Origin: Amoebophrya sp. A120 | Taxonomy: Eukaryota > Protista > Dinoflagellata | Reading direction: 5' to 3' | Assembly (NCBI GenBank): GCA_905178155.1 | Contig: CAJINV010000007.1 | Location: forward strand, 3,738,265-3,802,264 | Length of the DNA stretch: 64,000 nucleotides | Shown here: piece after piece, positions 48,799 to 60,500 of the stretch | Position numbering within the stretch: position 1 is the stretch's first letter | Layout: the number at the start of each line of letters is the position of its first letter | Program-made: the position numbers and the translations under genes | Notes under the pieces: generated by a model | The model's database searches: none | Told to the model about the DNA's origin: nothing | Seen by the model: the letters and a program-made list of their open reading frames with translations, nothing else

Positions 48799-50787
48799 AT
48801 GAGTTCAGTGTCTGTGTCTGCTTGCCCCGAGAAGCTGGAAAGATCTTCTTCTCCAAAATTTTTAGTGGAACCCTCGACATCGTCGTGTTTCTCCTGGTTC
48901 GTTGAATCGGCGAAGCGGTCTCTACTCTGCGGTGCCGCCTCCTCTTCCGGTTCAGGCACCACGATGAAAAGTTCGAGTTACGCTACGGTGACCACAAACA
49001 CCTCATGCTGCAGCTCGAGCGGGTCAGCCGTTTCTCGAAAGAGAGAAATCGATGCGGCAATTTATTACGATGGCAAGACGTGCAGGGACAGGGGTGCTGC
49101 AACAAGTATATCCGATAAGACCCACCTCTTCACTCTCCGTCAGCAATTCTTTGCCAAAAAGCTCTCCGTTAGCTATGCGAACACCAACCCGCTCTGGATT
49201 ATTAGGGGAGAGAAGCAGTACCTGTTCGATGAAAAAGGGACGAAGTACCTCGACACGAGGAACAATGTCGCGCACGTCGGACACAGCCACCCGCGGGTTG
49301 TGAACGCCGTTTGCGAGCAGATGAAAGTGTTGAACACGAACACGAGGTATCTGCATGAGAACATGTGTCGGTTGGCGGAGAAATTGCTTGCGTACAGCAA
49401 TGCAAACCAAGAGCAGACGTCAAACGCAAATCCTCCTTTCGACAAAGTTTTCTTCGTGAATTCCGGCTCCGAAGCGAACGACCTGGCCTTGCGGTTGGTG
49501 GAAGCGTATCATGCGAGAATGAGAGCTGCAGTGAAGAACTGTGAAGACCAGAAGTCACCAGTGCAACTCACTTTGACCAGCGGAAGCTCAGCCGCGGCCA
49601 TGAAAACCGATTACATCACGGTTGAAAACGGTTACCACGGACATACGAAGTCTGTGGTCGACGTTTCGCCGTACAAATTTCTAGAGCAAAAATCCAACAT
49701 CCACGTCCTCGCCCAGCCGAGCGATCTAGCGAAAACGCAGAAGAGTTTGCAGCAGCTGCGGTCGATTCTATTCGGCGTGAAAGGCATGAAAATTGCGGCG
49801 ATGTTCATCGAGAGCGGTATGTCGGTGGGCGGTGTGATTCTCCCCCCAGATTCGTACCTCCGCGAGGTGCAACGGATGCTCAAAGAGAAGAGCGCGCTTC
49901 TGGTCATGGACGAGGTGCAAGTTGGGCTAGGCAGGTATGGAGACGCGTTCTGGGCGTGGCAAAGCAGTGCTTGCGAAGCAGCTACTGGCACTGAGACGAT
50001 GTCCGAACGACAACCCAACGAGAACTGTGCGACAACGATGACGAATTTTCCCCCGGCGACGTCCGCAATACCAATACCACAATTCTGTCCCGACATTATC
50101 ACCTGCGGCAAGCCGATGGGGAATGGTATGCCTTTGGCTTGCGTCATCACAAGGCAGGAAATCGCGGACTCGTTCGAAAAGGAGTACTTCAACACGTTTG
50201 GTGGGAACCCAGTGTGCTGTGCTGCGGGGTTGGCGGTACTGGAGACTCTGGAAGAGGAAAACTTGATGGAAAACGCAAGAATTGTCGGCGCGTATTTGCG
50301 CAAAATCGCATTAGAGCGGTTGACGGAAGCTGGTCTTCAAGCCACGAGCGGAATGATCGACGAGAGTGACGACCCGAACAGGCAACTAAGCAGGCCACAA
50401 ATCTTTCTCTCCGAAGTCCGGGGCAAGGGTTTGTTCGTCGGCCTGGAATTTGTGCTGCAGCGACCACTAGGAACAGCAGCACGAAAAAATATTCAAGCTA
50501 GCAGGAAAGTAACAACCGTAACCGAACCTGCGACCGCGGCCACAAGTGCGCTGTGTGCCGCGTTGGTTCGGGATTGGCAAATTCTTACGAGCATCGACGG
50601 TCCGGATGATAATGTGCTGGTGGTAAAGCCGCCAATGTGTTTTTCGCGGGAGAACTGCGACTACCTTGTAACCGCAATCGCCTCCGTGTTACAAGAGATG
50701 AATGAAGAGCTCGAAGATGGCCGTGGGGAAAATTCGAGTTTGCTCAACGTGGGTCTTGGTTCTGTCGTAGGAAACAGACCTACGTGA
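48799..50787 (+). CDS. Class-III PLP enzyme, ETNPPL/PHYKPL (AGXT2L)-like phospho-lyase
   Basis: YLDTRNNVAHVGHSHP, NTNTRYLH, FVNSGSEANDLALRL, YHGHT, DEVQVGLGR, PDIITCGKPMGNG, EYFNTFGGNPV. Uninterrupted ORF; true start may be downstream. Confidence 0.92.
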   Translation: MSSVSVSACPEKLERSSSPKFLVEPSTSSCFSWFVESAKRSLLCGAASSSGSGTTMKSSSYATVTTNTSCCSSSGSAVSRKREIDAAIYYDGKTCRDRGAATSISDKTHLFTLRQQFFAKKLSVSYANTNPLWIIRGEKQYLFDEKGTKYLDTRNNVAHVGHSHPRVVNAVCEQMKVLNTNTRYLHENMCRLAEKLLAYSNANQEQTSNANPPFDKVFFVNSGSEANDLALRLVEAYHARMRAAVKNCEDQKSPVQLTLTSGSSAAAMKTDYITVENGYHGHTKSVVDVSPYKFLEQKSNIHVLAQPSDLAKTQKSLQQLRSILFGVKGMKIAAMFIESGMSVGGVILPPDSYLREVQRMLKEKSALLVMDEVQVGLGRYGDAFWAWQSSACEAATGTETMSERQPNENCATTMTNFPPATSAIPIPQFCPDIITCGKPMGNGMPLACVITRQEIADSFEKEYFNTFGGNPVCCAAGLAVLETLEEENLMENARIVGAYLRKIALERLTEAGLQATSGMIDESDDPNRQLSRPQIFLSEVRGKGLFVGLEFVLQRPLGTAARKNIQASRKVTTVTEPATAATSALCAALVRDWQILTSIDGPDDNVLVVKPPMCFSRENCDYLVTAIASVLQEMNEELEDGRGENSSLLNVGLGSVVGNRPT

Positions 50788-51579
50788 AGATGTCAGAGAA
50801 AGACAAAGAAGACTAGAGAAAGACAATATGAAGCTCGCCGGCATTTAACGAATGGAAGTTTTCACTGTTTTTGCTTGGAGGCATTTTTCTGTGTCATTCC
50901 TGCCAACTCTTCTCAAACAAAGAGAAATTTCGTTTGCGTGAAGATGTCATGTTCGACATTGATGAAGATGACCTTGGGTTGGTATCCTAGTGAGGGAGCA
51001 AGAAGCTGCTTAAAAGGTTGTGTAGTCAGTCCGAGAAAGAAAGATTGTCCGACCAACATCAGCGCACAGGTTCGTCATCATGATCCAGGTTTTTCTTGTG
51101 ATGGCAATTGCTCAGGGTCAGGTGAGCCACCAGATCCGATGCTTAAATATCCATATTGATCCGATTCTTGAAGCAACGATCTAAGTACATCATGAGTCTA
51201 CAACAAGTATGGTGCCAGACGACCACTTTCTCTGTTGAATACATAGGACAAACTGGTGACTTACGATGTCGAAGAGGAGAAAAGGGATCAGTTCTTGCAG
51301 GCAGCCAGGGCTCTCGTTATTCAACATTATTCCACCTATGTAAAACGCAAAGCCGAACCCGAAGCGCAATTGCGTCACTGTTGTTGCGATGGAATGTCCC
51401 GTATTTCACCCCCCATGAACAACCTGATGAATCGTTTTAGTCCCGTGTCTGTTTGGATTTTCGTAGCGCTTTACACGACCCCGATTTGGTCCGGGACAAG
51501 CTTTGTCATGGGAGAAATTGAATGAAAATGTCTGCAGTTAAACTGCAAATGGTGAACTGAGAAATTGATCAATTTTCAA

Positions 51580-54500
51580 ATGAGTCGCGAAGCGTGGGGT
51601 GTGGTGATATCCTCGGGCCTAGAAGCCGTCGCGGCCCAGGATGCAATTACCGCTCGCATCGCCGCTGCGATCGAAGTGCGCGACCGTCTGATTGCAGGTG
51701 GCGCGACTCCGCAGCTACTGGGCGTGTTTTTCGAGAGGCTGGAGCCGGCAGTGTGGCTGGGTTTGCAAGCTAACATTTTCAACAGTCTCCTTGGTCGGGA
51801 TGTGGGAGATGGTTCTCCAGCGTCCTCTGAGGCTGAGTCACCGGACGGGAAGGATGCTTCACCGAACAAAAGGCAAACACAGAATATTGAAGGAGACCAA
51901 TTGAACCGGACCGCACACCCATTCCTTTCCCCAGCCAACGTAACTGTGAATTGGACACCGCAGAAACGTGACCTGGTCGTTTGGCTGGGCGGTCCTTTGT
52001 TGCTTACAGAAAGTGAGGCGCTCCGCGCGAGAGCTAAGCTTCCGGTGACCGAGGAAGCTTTTTTGCAAGGATCCGTTTTTGAATTGGTATTGGTGTCGCA
52101 TTCAGATAACGGGGGTGGCACGCATTGGCTGAAAGTGGAGCACGTCGACAAACCCCTTGCGGATATGATAGGCGAAGACCTGCACCTGCAGCTCTCGCCG
52201 CAGAAGACAGAGGCATCCGCGGCTGCTCGTGGTTCAGGTTCGACCATGGCTGGAACGACCTCCACAGTGGGACTTTCTGTTTCGTCAGCAGCCTCTGTAA
52301 GTGGAAATAAGAACAATAAACCGTCTCACAGAAGCAAACGGTTTTTCTTAATCCCACCAACTTTTATCGAATCGCATCCCTTCGAAATCTGGCGCGGTAG
52401 GGAGCTGCTCTGCAGTTTAGGTGACTTAATTGCTATCGATTACGACCAGAAGAATAAGGCACAGGAAACACGTAAATACGCTGCGCGTTCGTCCATTGCC
52501 TCTTCGTCGCGGAACGCCGTGGCGGAGGAAACATTGACTGGCGTCACGGCTGCTAGCCGCGCTGGGAGTTTCACAAGTCCGCGACAGCCCGCGCGCGGCG
52601 GTGCTGTTGCGGCTGCTGTAGCTTCTTCCCGGAAGCAAGATGGCGACAGTGCGTGCCGTGGTACTAGTGATGACGTCGGCAAACGCTCATCCGCGGTGAT
52701 TCACGAAACTGAGTACTCGTCGTTCCCCCATCAAAAGCTTACTGAAACACGCTCAGCGCTCGACCTTGAAGCTGCACATAAAAATCCAACGAGTGCTGAA
52801 ATGGTTCGCTTGCTGCAAAGTGAACTCGACCGACGGCCGCAACTAACGGCGGGATCGTCTGCAGCTAGAACCTCGGCACTTCATGCGGTACCGAATAAGC
52901 GTCAAGCTACCTCCGGCAAGTCCTCCTCGATCAAAAAAACTAGGCAAAAGCAGCTTCTTGTGTTTCTACAAGACAACCAGGACCAGCCCACGATGGACAA
53001 AAAGGCGGCGTCCTCTTGGAGCATCACCCGCGTCTCATCGCTACCAGAAATGCAACTGTGGTTAGGTGAGGAACCAGACGACTTCAGCCTCTTCGTGATA
53101 TTTGTTTCCGGAGCCGCGAAATTTTTGCACGAGGAGTTGCAGATGCTGACGCTGCGCCGCACAGCCGCTGGCGCTGGTGATAAAGATTCCGACAGCAGCA
53201 CTTGGAGCTTTATTGCATCTAAACTCTTCTTACGAGCGGAAGAGAGCAAGAAGAAAAAGGAGTGCCAGCAACAGGCTGAAAAAGGGCTCAGTGAGTTGCT
53301 GACATGCGGCTTCGACGCGGTTGCGCGAAGTGGGGGGAGTGTGTTGGTGGTGAACGATAGAGAAATTATTGCTAGGTCTGAGAAAACAAAACCCGCGTTT
53401 GGAACTGCGCGTTCACAACTCGGTCGGGCGGAAGAAATCCTGCTGTCTGAGTTTGATAACCTTATCCTGTGCAAAAGTATCGCTATCGTATTCGTATTGC
53501 AGTCATGCAATACAAATCTTTTTCTTAAGGTGAATCAGCATTACAAATGTGATTTCTCATGCTGAGAAATTTGTAATGCATTCATACGAGTACGATAGGA
53601 TACTTTTGCAATTCATAAACCTGTCGCACAAGCAATTGAACAAATGCGCGAGCGCTTCGGGTTGTGGAAACAAGGCCAAGCAGACCAAGAAGAAGAAAAA
53701 GAAAAACGATTCCTGCGCAGAAGCAGCTGTGAAGAGTTCTACTACTACGCGAAAGACGTCCCGAGAGCATGATTTTGATTTGCTCATGCCTATGCCCGAA
53801 CAAGGAGAAACTCACAGCCAGACAAGTGCTTACGTCGCGCGTGTTCATGTGTACTTCTCTTGTGAAGTGCCTGCATCCGCGGAGTCAGAGCAGCCACAAC
53901 AAGCACCAGCAGCGGGCTCAGCGGCAACGACTGAAAAATCCAGCTCGTTCACACCGAATCCAGACGTTCATTCTGAGATGGGAGTTAATGTTGTTGCTGC
54001 GGCCAAGACCCCAGGAAAAGTAAAGAACGCACTGCAGCACTGCGCACAAGAAAGGTGGTTGGCGCCTGCGTTCCCGCAAAAGGACCCAGGTTACACTGAA
54101 AAGAGCCAGAATGTGAGCGCCTGTCTTCAGAACGCAAGTAACAGTGAGTCACAGGACCAGGCAGCCGTTTCTGCTGATGGATGTTCGGGTTTGGTGGAGA
54201 CCGTTGGTACAGCAGGTTTACCTCGTGCAGTTTCTGCAGTTGATACAGCACCGGGTAGTCTCTCCGTCGATGCTCGGGCTGGTTTTGAAGAACCGGAGCA
54301 ACTCGAAGGACAGTACGACGGTGCAGCCAGAGGCGACACTGCGCCAACGGGTGCAGCTGGCCGAAGGAAATGCTCGGCGAGCGACGACGAGACGCATCAC
54401 GATGAAAATCCATTCCGCCCTGCAGAACTACGCGGCGAGAAACACGCTCCCCGACAAGTACACGTCGGAAGTAGCGAGAAAATGTGTGCGAAAAAAAGTC

Positions 54501-57500
54501 CGCCATTGTGTACAGGAGAACAAAATGCAGAGCCTAGAGGAAAGATGAAGATCATGTCCGTAGTGACAACAACGACCTCAAGTGGCAGCACGAAAACAAC
54601 CGCTTCTCCACTGTCGCCACGCAGCCTGCTGGAAAGCTGTAGTGGCACGACGGCTTCCTCGTCTGATCGTGATCACGATCGAGAAAGTGTTGACGCCTCG
54701 CTGCAACTCTCTAAAAGTAGAGGTGAAGCATCGTCCTCGTCCTCATCCTGCGTTACTACTCCCAATGAAAATGATTGCGCCGGCTCTTCGCGGCTTCCAA
54801 GCACGTTGGAGAGTGTGATGTCCTCACCGTGTGAGACTACAGGTGGAACCACGAGCGACACAAGGGTATCTGAAGCCGATGAACACACCAGTTGTACGTC
54901 TTCAGACCATGGCGCCCCGGCCCCGACTGGTGCTGCTGGCAAACCTAAAAAAGCGGTACGAGTACAAGCAGCGAACAAGAAAGCCACGGGTATAAAGCAG
55001 ATAGTCGCAGTCGAAGTTGTTTCGTCTCCGCGTCCCAGCGGTGCTGCACCTGCGACCAGTTCAAGTGAGTCCAGCTGCAAGAAGGCACAGCATATTGAGT
55101 CCCTCCGAACAAGCAGTGGACTTTCTGCCGATCGAGCCACAAGTGACAGCAAAGTCGAGACAAAGATGAAGCTAGGTGTTGCCGAGGATCCGGCGGCTTC
55201 GTCGTTACTGACCCCCGCTCGACGACCAGCTCCTGCACAGGCGTGCAGCTCCCATTCAGAAAATTCTACCGCGAACAAGCTCTCTAGTGCGAAACAGAAA
55301 CGACTCGAGCTGCTCCGACGATTCCAGGAGGAGCCGGCAGACGGAAATTTGACAAAATTTGCGGACCCAAGCTACAAGCCACCTGCTGTGTCGGAGGCGT
55401 CGCTTCCTACAGAGCCCAAAGCCAAAGTCACAGACACGAACATAACTAGGCCCTCGAAGGAAAAGGATGGCCCGGATGTCGGTGCAAACAGTTCGTCGCG
55501 GTTGATAGCAACTGCGCCTACGCCCCAGGAACGGCAGCGGAAGGAACCGGAACCGCCGAGCTCCTCGGGCCAGGTTACGACTTTAAATATCCCCAAAGAA
55601 CATTCACTTTTGTATGCTGCCGCTTTGGTGCGAATCTTGGATGAGAAAGACAACCGTTGCGGAATCCTTGCTGTCCTGTGCCAAGACGAGCTACTGCAAA
55701 AAGTGAAGGCTATAGTCGATCCACTTGGGAAGCAGAAGCTTGGACGCGTTTTGATCCGCGTGATCGAACAGTGGCCCGACACTTTTCGTGTGGTCGATCC
55801 GGCCGGAAACAAATTCTGTGTCCGGTTGAGAAAGCATTCCGAACCCGAAGTCGACTGGTGGCGCAGAAAAGTTGACTTCGCTGCAACATTTAAGAAAGCA
55901 AGAGAAAGAACTGAAAACACGCCGGAACGAAACTCGGCGAAAAATGAGAAGGACCGGTCGAAGAGTTTGAAGACAATTACCGAGCCGCCGCTGCCACACC
56001 CGACCAATGAGCCGCAGGAAAAACGAAGTTTCCCCGGCCCCCCTTCCGTTTGTCCGCCGCCACCACCTCCACCACCACCCCTTTGCGTTCCCGTCGAGGT
56101 CCAGACTTTCTCTAGCGAAGCAAAAGAATTCTCTTCGAGAGGAGCAAAATTTCATGCTCTCGGAACTTGCAAGCCATGCGCGCACCTGCCTCGGTGCGTC
56201 AACGGGCGTGACTGTGATTTCTGCCACGACTGCTCCCCAAGTGAATTCAAGCGGCGTCTGTTGCAAAACAAGAAAAACAAGCAGAAAGAAGGCGGCACCA
56301 ACAAGGCGAACCAACAGAAAGATGAGCATCATCAAGACCGCCAGTTCTACAATTCGCAGGCCGATGCGACCTATGCCGCGACATCGTCAGCGCTAAGCTC
56401 CCCAGCGACACCACCTCCGCCACCTCCCTACAACTTCATGCACCACGAATACGGACACGGTATCGACCCCGCCCCACTGAAACAGCCCCCACTCGTGTCC
56501 AACACGGCACTGAAAACGAAAAATGATGCATCGAAATCCAACACTCTCACCGATACCACCGCATCCAAAAAGCACCACTGGAAGTACGACGCCATCGTGA
56601 TGGCGAAAGAGGCAAAACAGGTGGCGCCGAACCTGCAGTGGCGACAAGGCGTCGTCGAGTGGGCCACCAGCCCGACCGACCCGAGCAGATCCTTCGGCGG
56701 CATTCTGTTGAACGACGCGGGCGGCTTCGGTGGGTCGGTGCAAGCGCAAACCGGCGGCGCAACGGTGTGTCACTTCGAGAAGAACAGCGTTGCCGGCACC
56801 TTTCGCCTGCCGCCCGCCGCGGGCGACGCGGTGCGCGTGATTCCAAGAAGGAGCGGCAACTACGAAACGAAGGAGCGGAAAGATGTTTGGACTGGGGAGG
56901 AGAAGGTGTCGTACGCACGTTCAAAAGCGAAGAAGACCGAGGTGATCGCTTGGAAGTGGGGGAAAGACCTGGGAAAGGAGGAAAAATTTCGGGGGTTTTC
57001 GCATCTGTTATTAGAGATGCGGGCGTTCGAGGAATGGAGGCCGTTGCTGGAGGAACTATTGGAGGAGGTCAACGAGGCGAGTGGTGGATTCGAACACGAT
57101 ACTAGGTGGACGAGGGTGAAGGAAGATATGGCTTCTAAACTCCTGCTCGAAGAAGAAAGTGTTGAGGGCGCTATGGAGTCAGAGTTCTTAAAAGGCCACC
57201 GACCAGGCGGTCACCGAATAAAAACAAAAATCGGACAACAGAGCAAGCACGCGTCGCTGCCTGTTGCTGCAGGACCGGCTGCAAAGAAGAAAGCTGACGA
57301 GCAGAAGCCAAGATCGAATGCTGTTTCGCTTCCCTGGATTTCTGACGAGTCCTCGGAAGAAGACAGAAGACATCGTGGTCGACAAGACCGCACGCGGATA
57401 GAGAAGCGGAGTAAGCAGATGAGGGCGACAGGTGAACAAGGACAGCAAAGCGAAAAACTGTCTTCAGCAACAACTTCTTGGAGGCGTCGATTGGTCGATG

Positions 57501-60500
57501 ATTCCGACCGTTCACCTGGAACGGACGACGAGGAGGAAGCCCCACATGATCAAGGCAGCGATGATGATTTTTGGCTTACGTCCTCCTCCGACGAAGAGAT
57601 AAATCCTTCTGGAGGTGGTGTCTCATCCCTACCCGCGACCACCAACACAGAAGGTTTCCCGCTGCGCAAAAACCTCTCCCCACTCCAGGTCAAACGCCGG
57701 CGGGCCGTGGCGGAGTCGCACGAGGCGTTTTGGGTGCTGTGTGTGCGGGAAATTTTGTTGCACGTTTTGCCGGAGTGTGGCCAGCTGTTGGAAGAGTGGA
57801 AGCCGTTCCCGAAATCTGCGTTGCCAATTACACCTTGGGAGACGACCAACACGTCCGCGACAGTTGCACCGTTCGGGGCCTCGGCAAGTAACTCTTCCAA
57901 TAGTCACGGGAACTATCACAAACCAGCTCCATGGAGCAAAAAGGACAGGTCTCCTTCGCGAGCTGACTTCGCTCGTCGCGCCTTGTTCTTCCTGCGGGTA
58001 TTGCACCTCTTCACCGTGATCGAGCAACAGTTGCACACAGGGCCACTGCAGGTTTTTCTAGGAGCAATCGGGAGTCTTTCTGAGAAGCATGCGGCGCAGT
58101 CGTATGGAGCTGGCGATGAAGTTCTTTTCGGGAGGAATGCGTCCTCGTGTCCCACTTCGACCAGCACCTCGCCCTTGCTATTATTCTGCAGCTTTTTCTT
58201 TTGTGGTTTGCTTCGCTCGTGCAGCGACGAGGGGAGCACGACTTCTGGCGCAGACGACAACTCGTCACTGCTAAGCGCGAAACGGAAACTGCAGCAATAT
58301 GCACCGAAGGTTCTCTTTGACTGCACGAATCATATCGCAGAGAACGCTGCGAAATTTGTTGACATTTGCGGGGCTTCAGTCATTCCGTTTTTGACGACGG
58401 CGCAGGCAGTCGCGGCAAATCTGGTGAGGAGCCACATGCTGCTGCAGAAGGGCCACCAGCTGAATATCACAAATTCCGCATTTTGCATTCACGGTAGTTC
58501 GGGGGCTGGAAGAACGACGCAGAGGAGGTCCGGCTGGTCGTCCTCTTCTTCTTCACGCGGGCCCAAAAGCGGAATATCTTCAGCACCGAACAAATTACAT
58601 CACAACAAGGCTGCACGCGACAGCGAAGATGCCCCTGTTTGCACAAAATACTTGCACGAAGACGTGGCGCACGTGGCCGCAAAGAGTAGATACAGCCTCC
58701 ATAGTACACCAAGTTGCGGAAACATGCCTTTTGCATCAGCAGGCACAGGATATCACGAAAACGTTGTTCACACTAGTACCGCAGTGCCAACATCACAATT
58801 CCTTGTCGGCGAGGGCGAACAAGTTTTCTTCTTCCTGCAATTATTGCAGGACATCGCTCACACGAACCACGGAAAGCTCACCACCGAGCTCGCCATACTC
58901 TTGTCCCAGCGCGATCGGAACAAGGACGCAAAGCTGGACTTTCTGAACCTACAAGACGTGCCGTGGCGCGAGTTGCCGGATCGGCCGACGGTAAGCGAAC
59001 TGCGCGACCCGAGCAACGTCGAAGCCCCCTTGCCGAAAATCAGCTTCGACAAGCCCTACAGGTCCTTTGAGGAGTACATGGAGACGCAAGTCCGCCTTTT
59101 TCGCGAGGACGGCATCAGTAAGGTCCGCCTGACCATGAGCAAATACATCAAGGACAAGCGCATCGTGTTTCGCGAAATGGGCATGTACCACTCCGTGCTG
59201 GTCGGTATGCACACGGATCTGAACAAAGGAGGCACCGCCCACAGCAAATCCGCCGTCAGTCTGGTGTTCAAATCGCTGAAGCCCTTGGGGTATGAATTGC
59301 AAAAGTATCGTACTCGTATATAATGCATTACAAATTTCCTGCTCAGCATGAGAAATAGAATTTGTAATGCGGATTTACCTTAAGAAAAAGTCATGCAAGA
59401 CTTGCATTTATACGAGTACGATACTTCTGCACAGGATATGGGGAAAGACAAGGAGGCGGAGAACATCGCGAAGCTGTGGGGGAAGGAGGAGTTGCGGTAC
59501 GGAAACATGGTGTATTTGTCCTTGAAGGGCACCTTCGCGGAGAGCTGCATTCTGTTCGGGACGATCACGTGGTCGGATCTGCTGGACCAAACGGGGCTGT
59601 TCATGTTGGAAGTTGCCGGGCAGGCCAGTTACGACGGCTCGCTGACCGAAGACGCCAGCCTGTTTGAGGTGATCACGAAACTCTTGGCCACAAACACGTT
59701 GGTCGTGGCGGAGCAGCTGACCTATTACCCGGCCTACGGGCCGGTCTTGAAGGTTCTGCGGGAGAACTTTGGTAGCGCGCGCGACTTGGCGTTTTACGAA
59801 GAGCTTGTGTTCGGGAAATTCCAGAACAAAGCATTGAGAATTTTTAACGGTGCTACTTCTTGCGCAGCCGCAAGTACCAGTGCAACTCCCGCCCCGTGGG
59901 ACGGCGCAACGAGCGCAACCCGGATGCCTCGAGCGGCGCGGCGAAGGTTTTTCTATCTAGATGAAGGAAAAGACCGGATCAAACTGCCCGCGCGGCTGGT
60001 GTTTGGCCCGGAAGCGGGGGAGGTTTGTGTGACCGTGGCTGACTGCTGCAACCAGATCGAATACAACGAGCCTGGTTTTTTTAGACAAGGAAAATCAAGG
60101 AAGTTCATCAAAAATCGAACACCCCCCGGCCCGGGGCTCCCGGGAAATATAGATGATGTGTGTGGGCCCCAACCATTTCGCACTTCCCCCCTGCGGAGCC
60201 CGCCCGGCCATGCGCTGCCGCTGGCATGTGTGTCGTTTTTAGTTCTCACGCCTGCGCATGTACGAGCCGAAGCGACCCCAGCATTGGCTCTGCAGCCCTG
60301 CTCCGGTTCAAAAGTAGGCGCCTATGAAAGAACAGCCCGAAGGCGTTCGAAGGTGGCGCGCGTTTAAAATCGGCGCTATTGTGCCGAAAGCGTTCCGGGG
60401 TCCCATTTTTTGTCCTGTCGCAGCGCAGAACGCTCCCACTTTGTCACCTGAATCTGTTGCGCAACTCGAAGAATGTAGAGCAGCGACATTACGTCCACCA

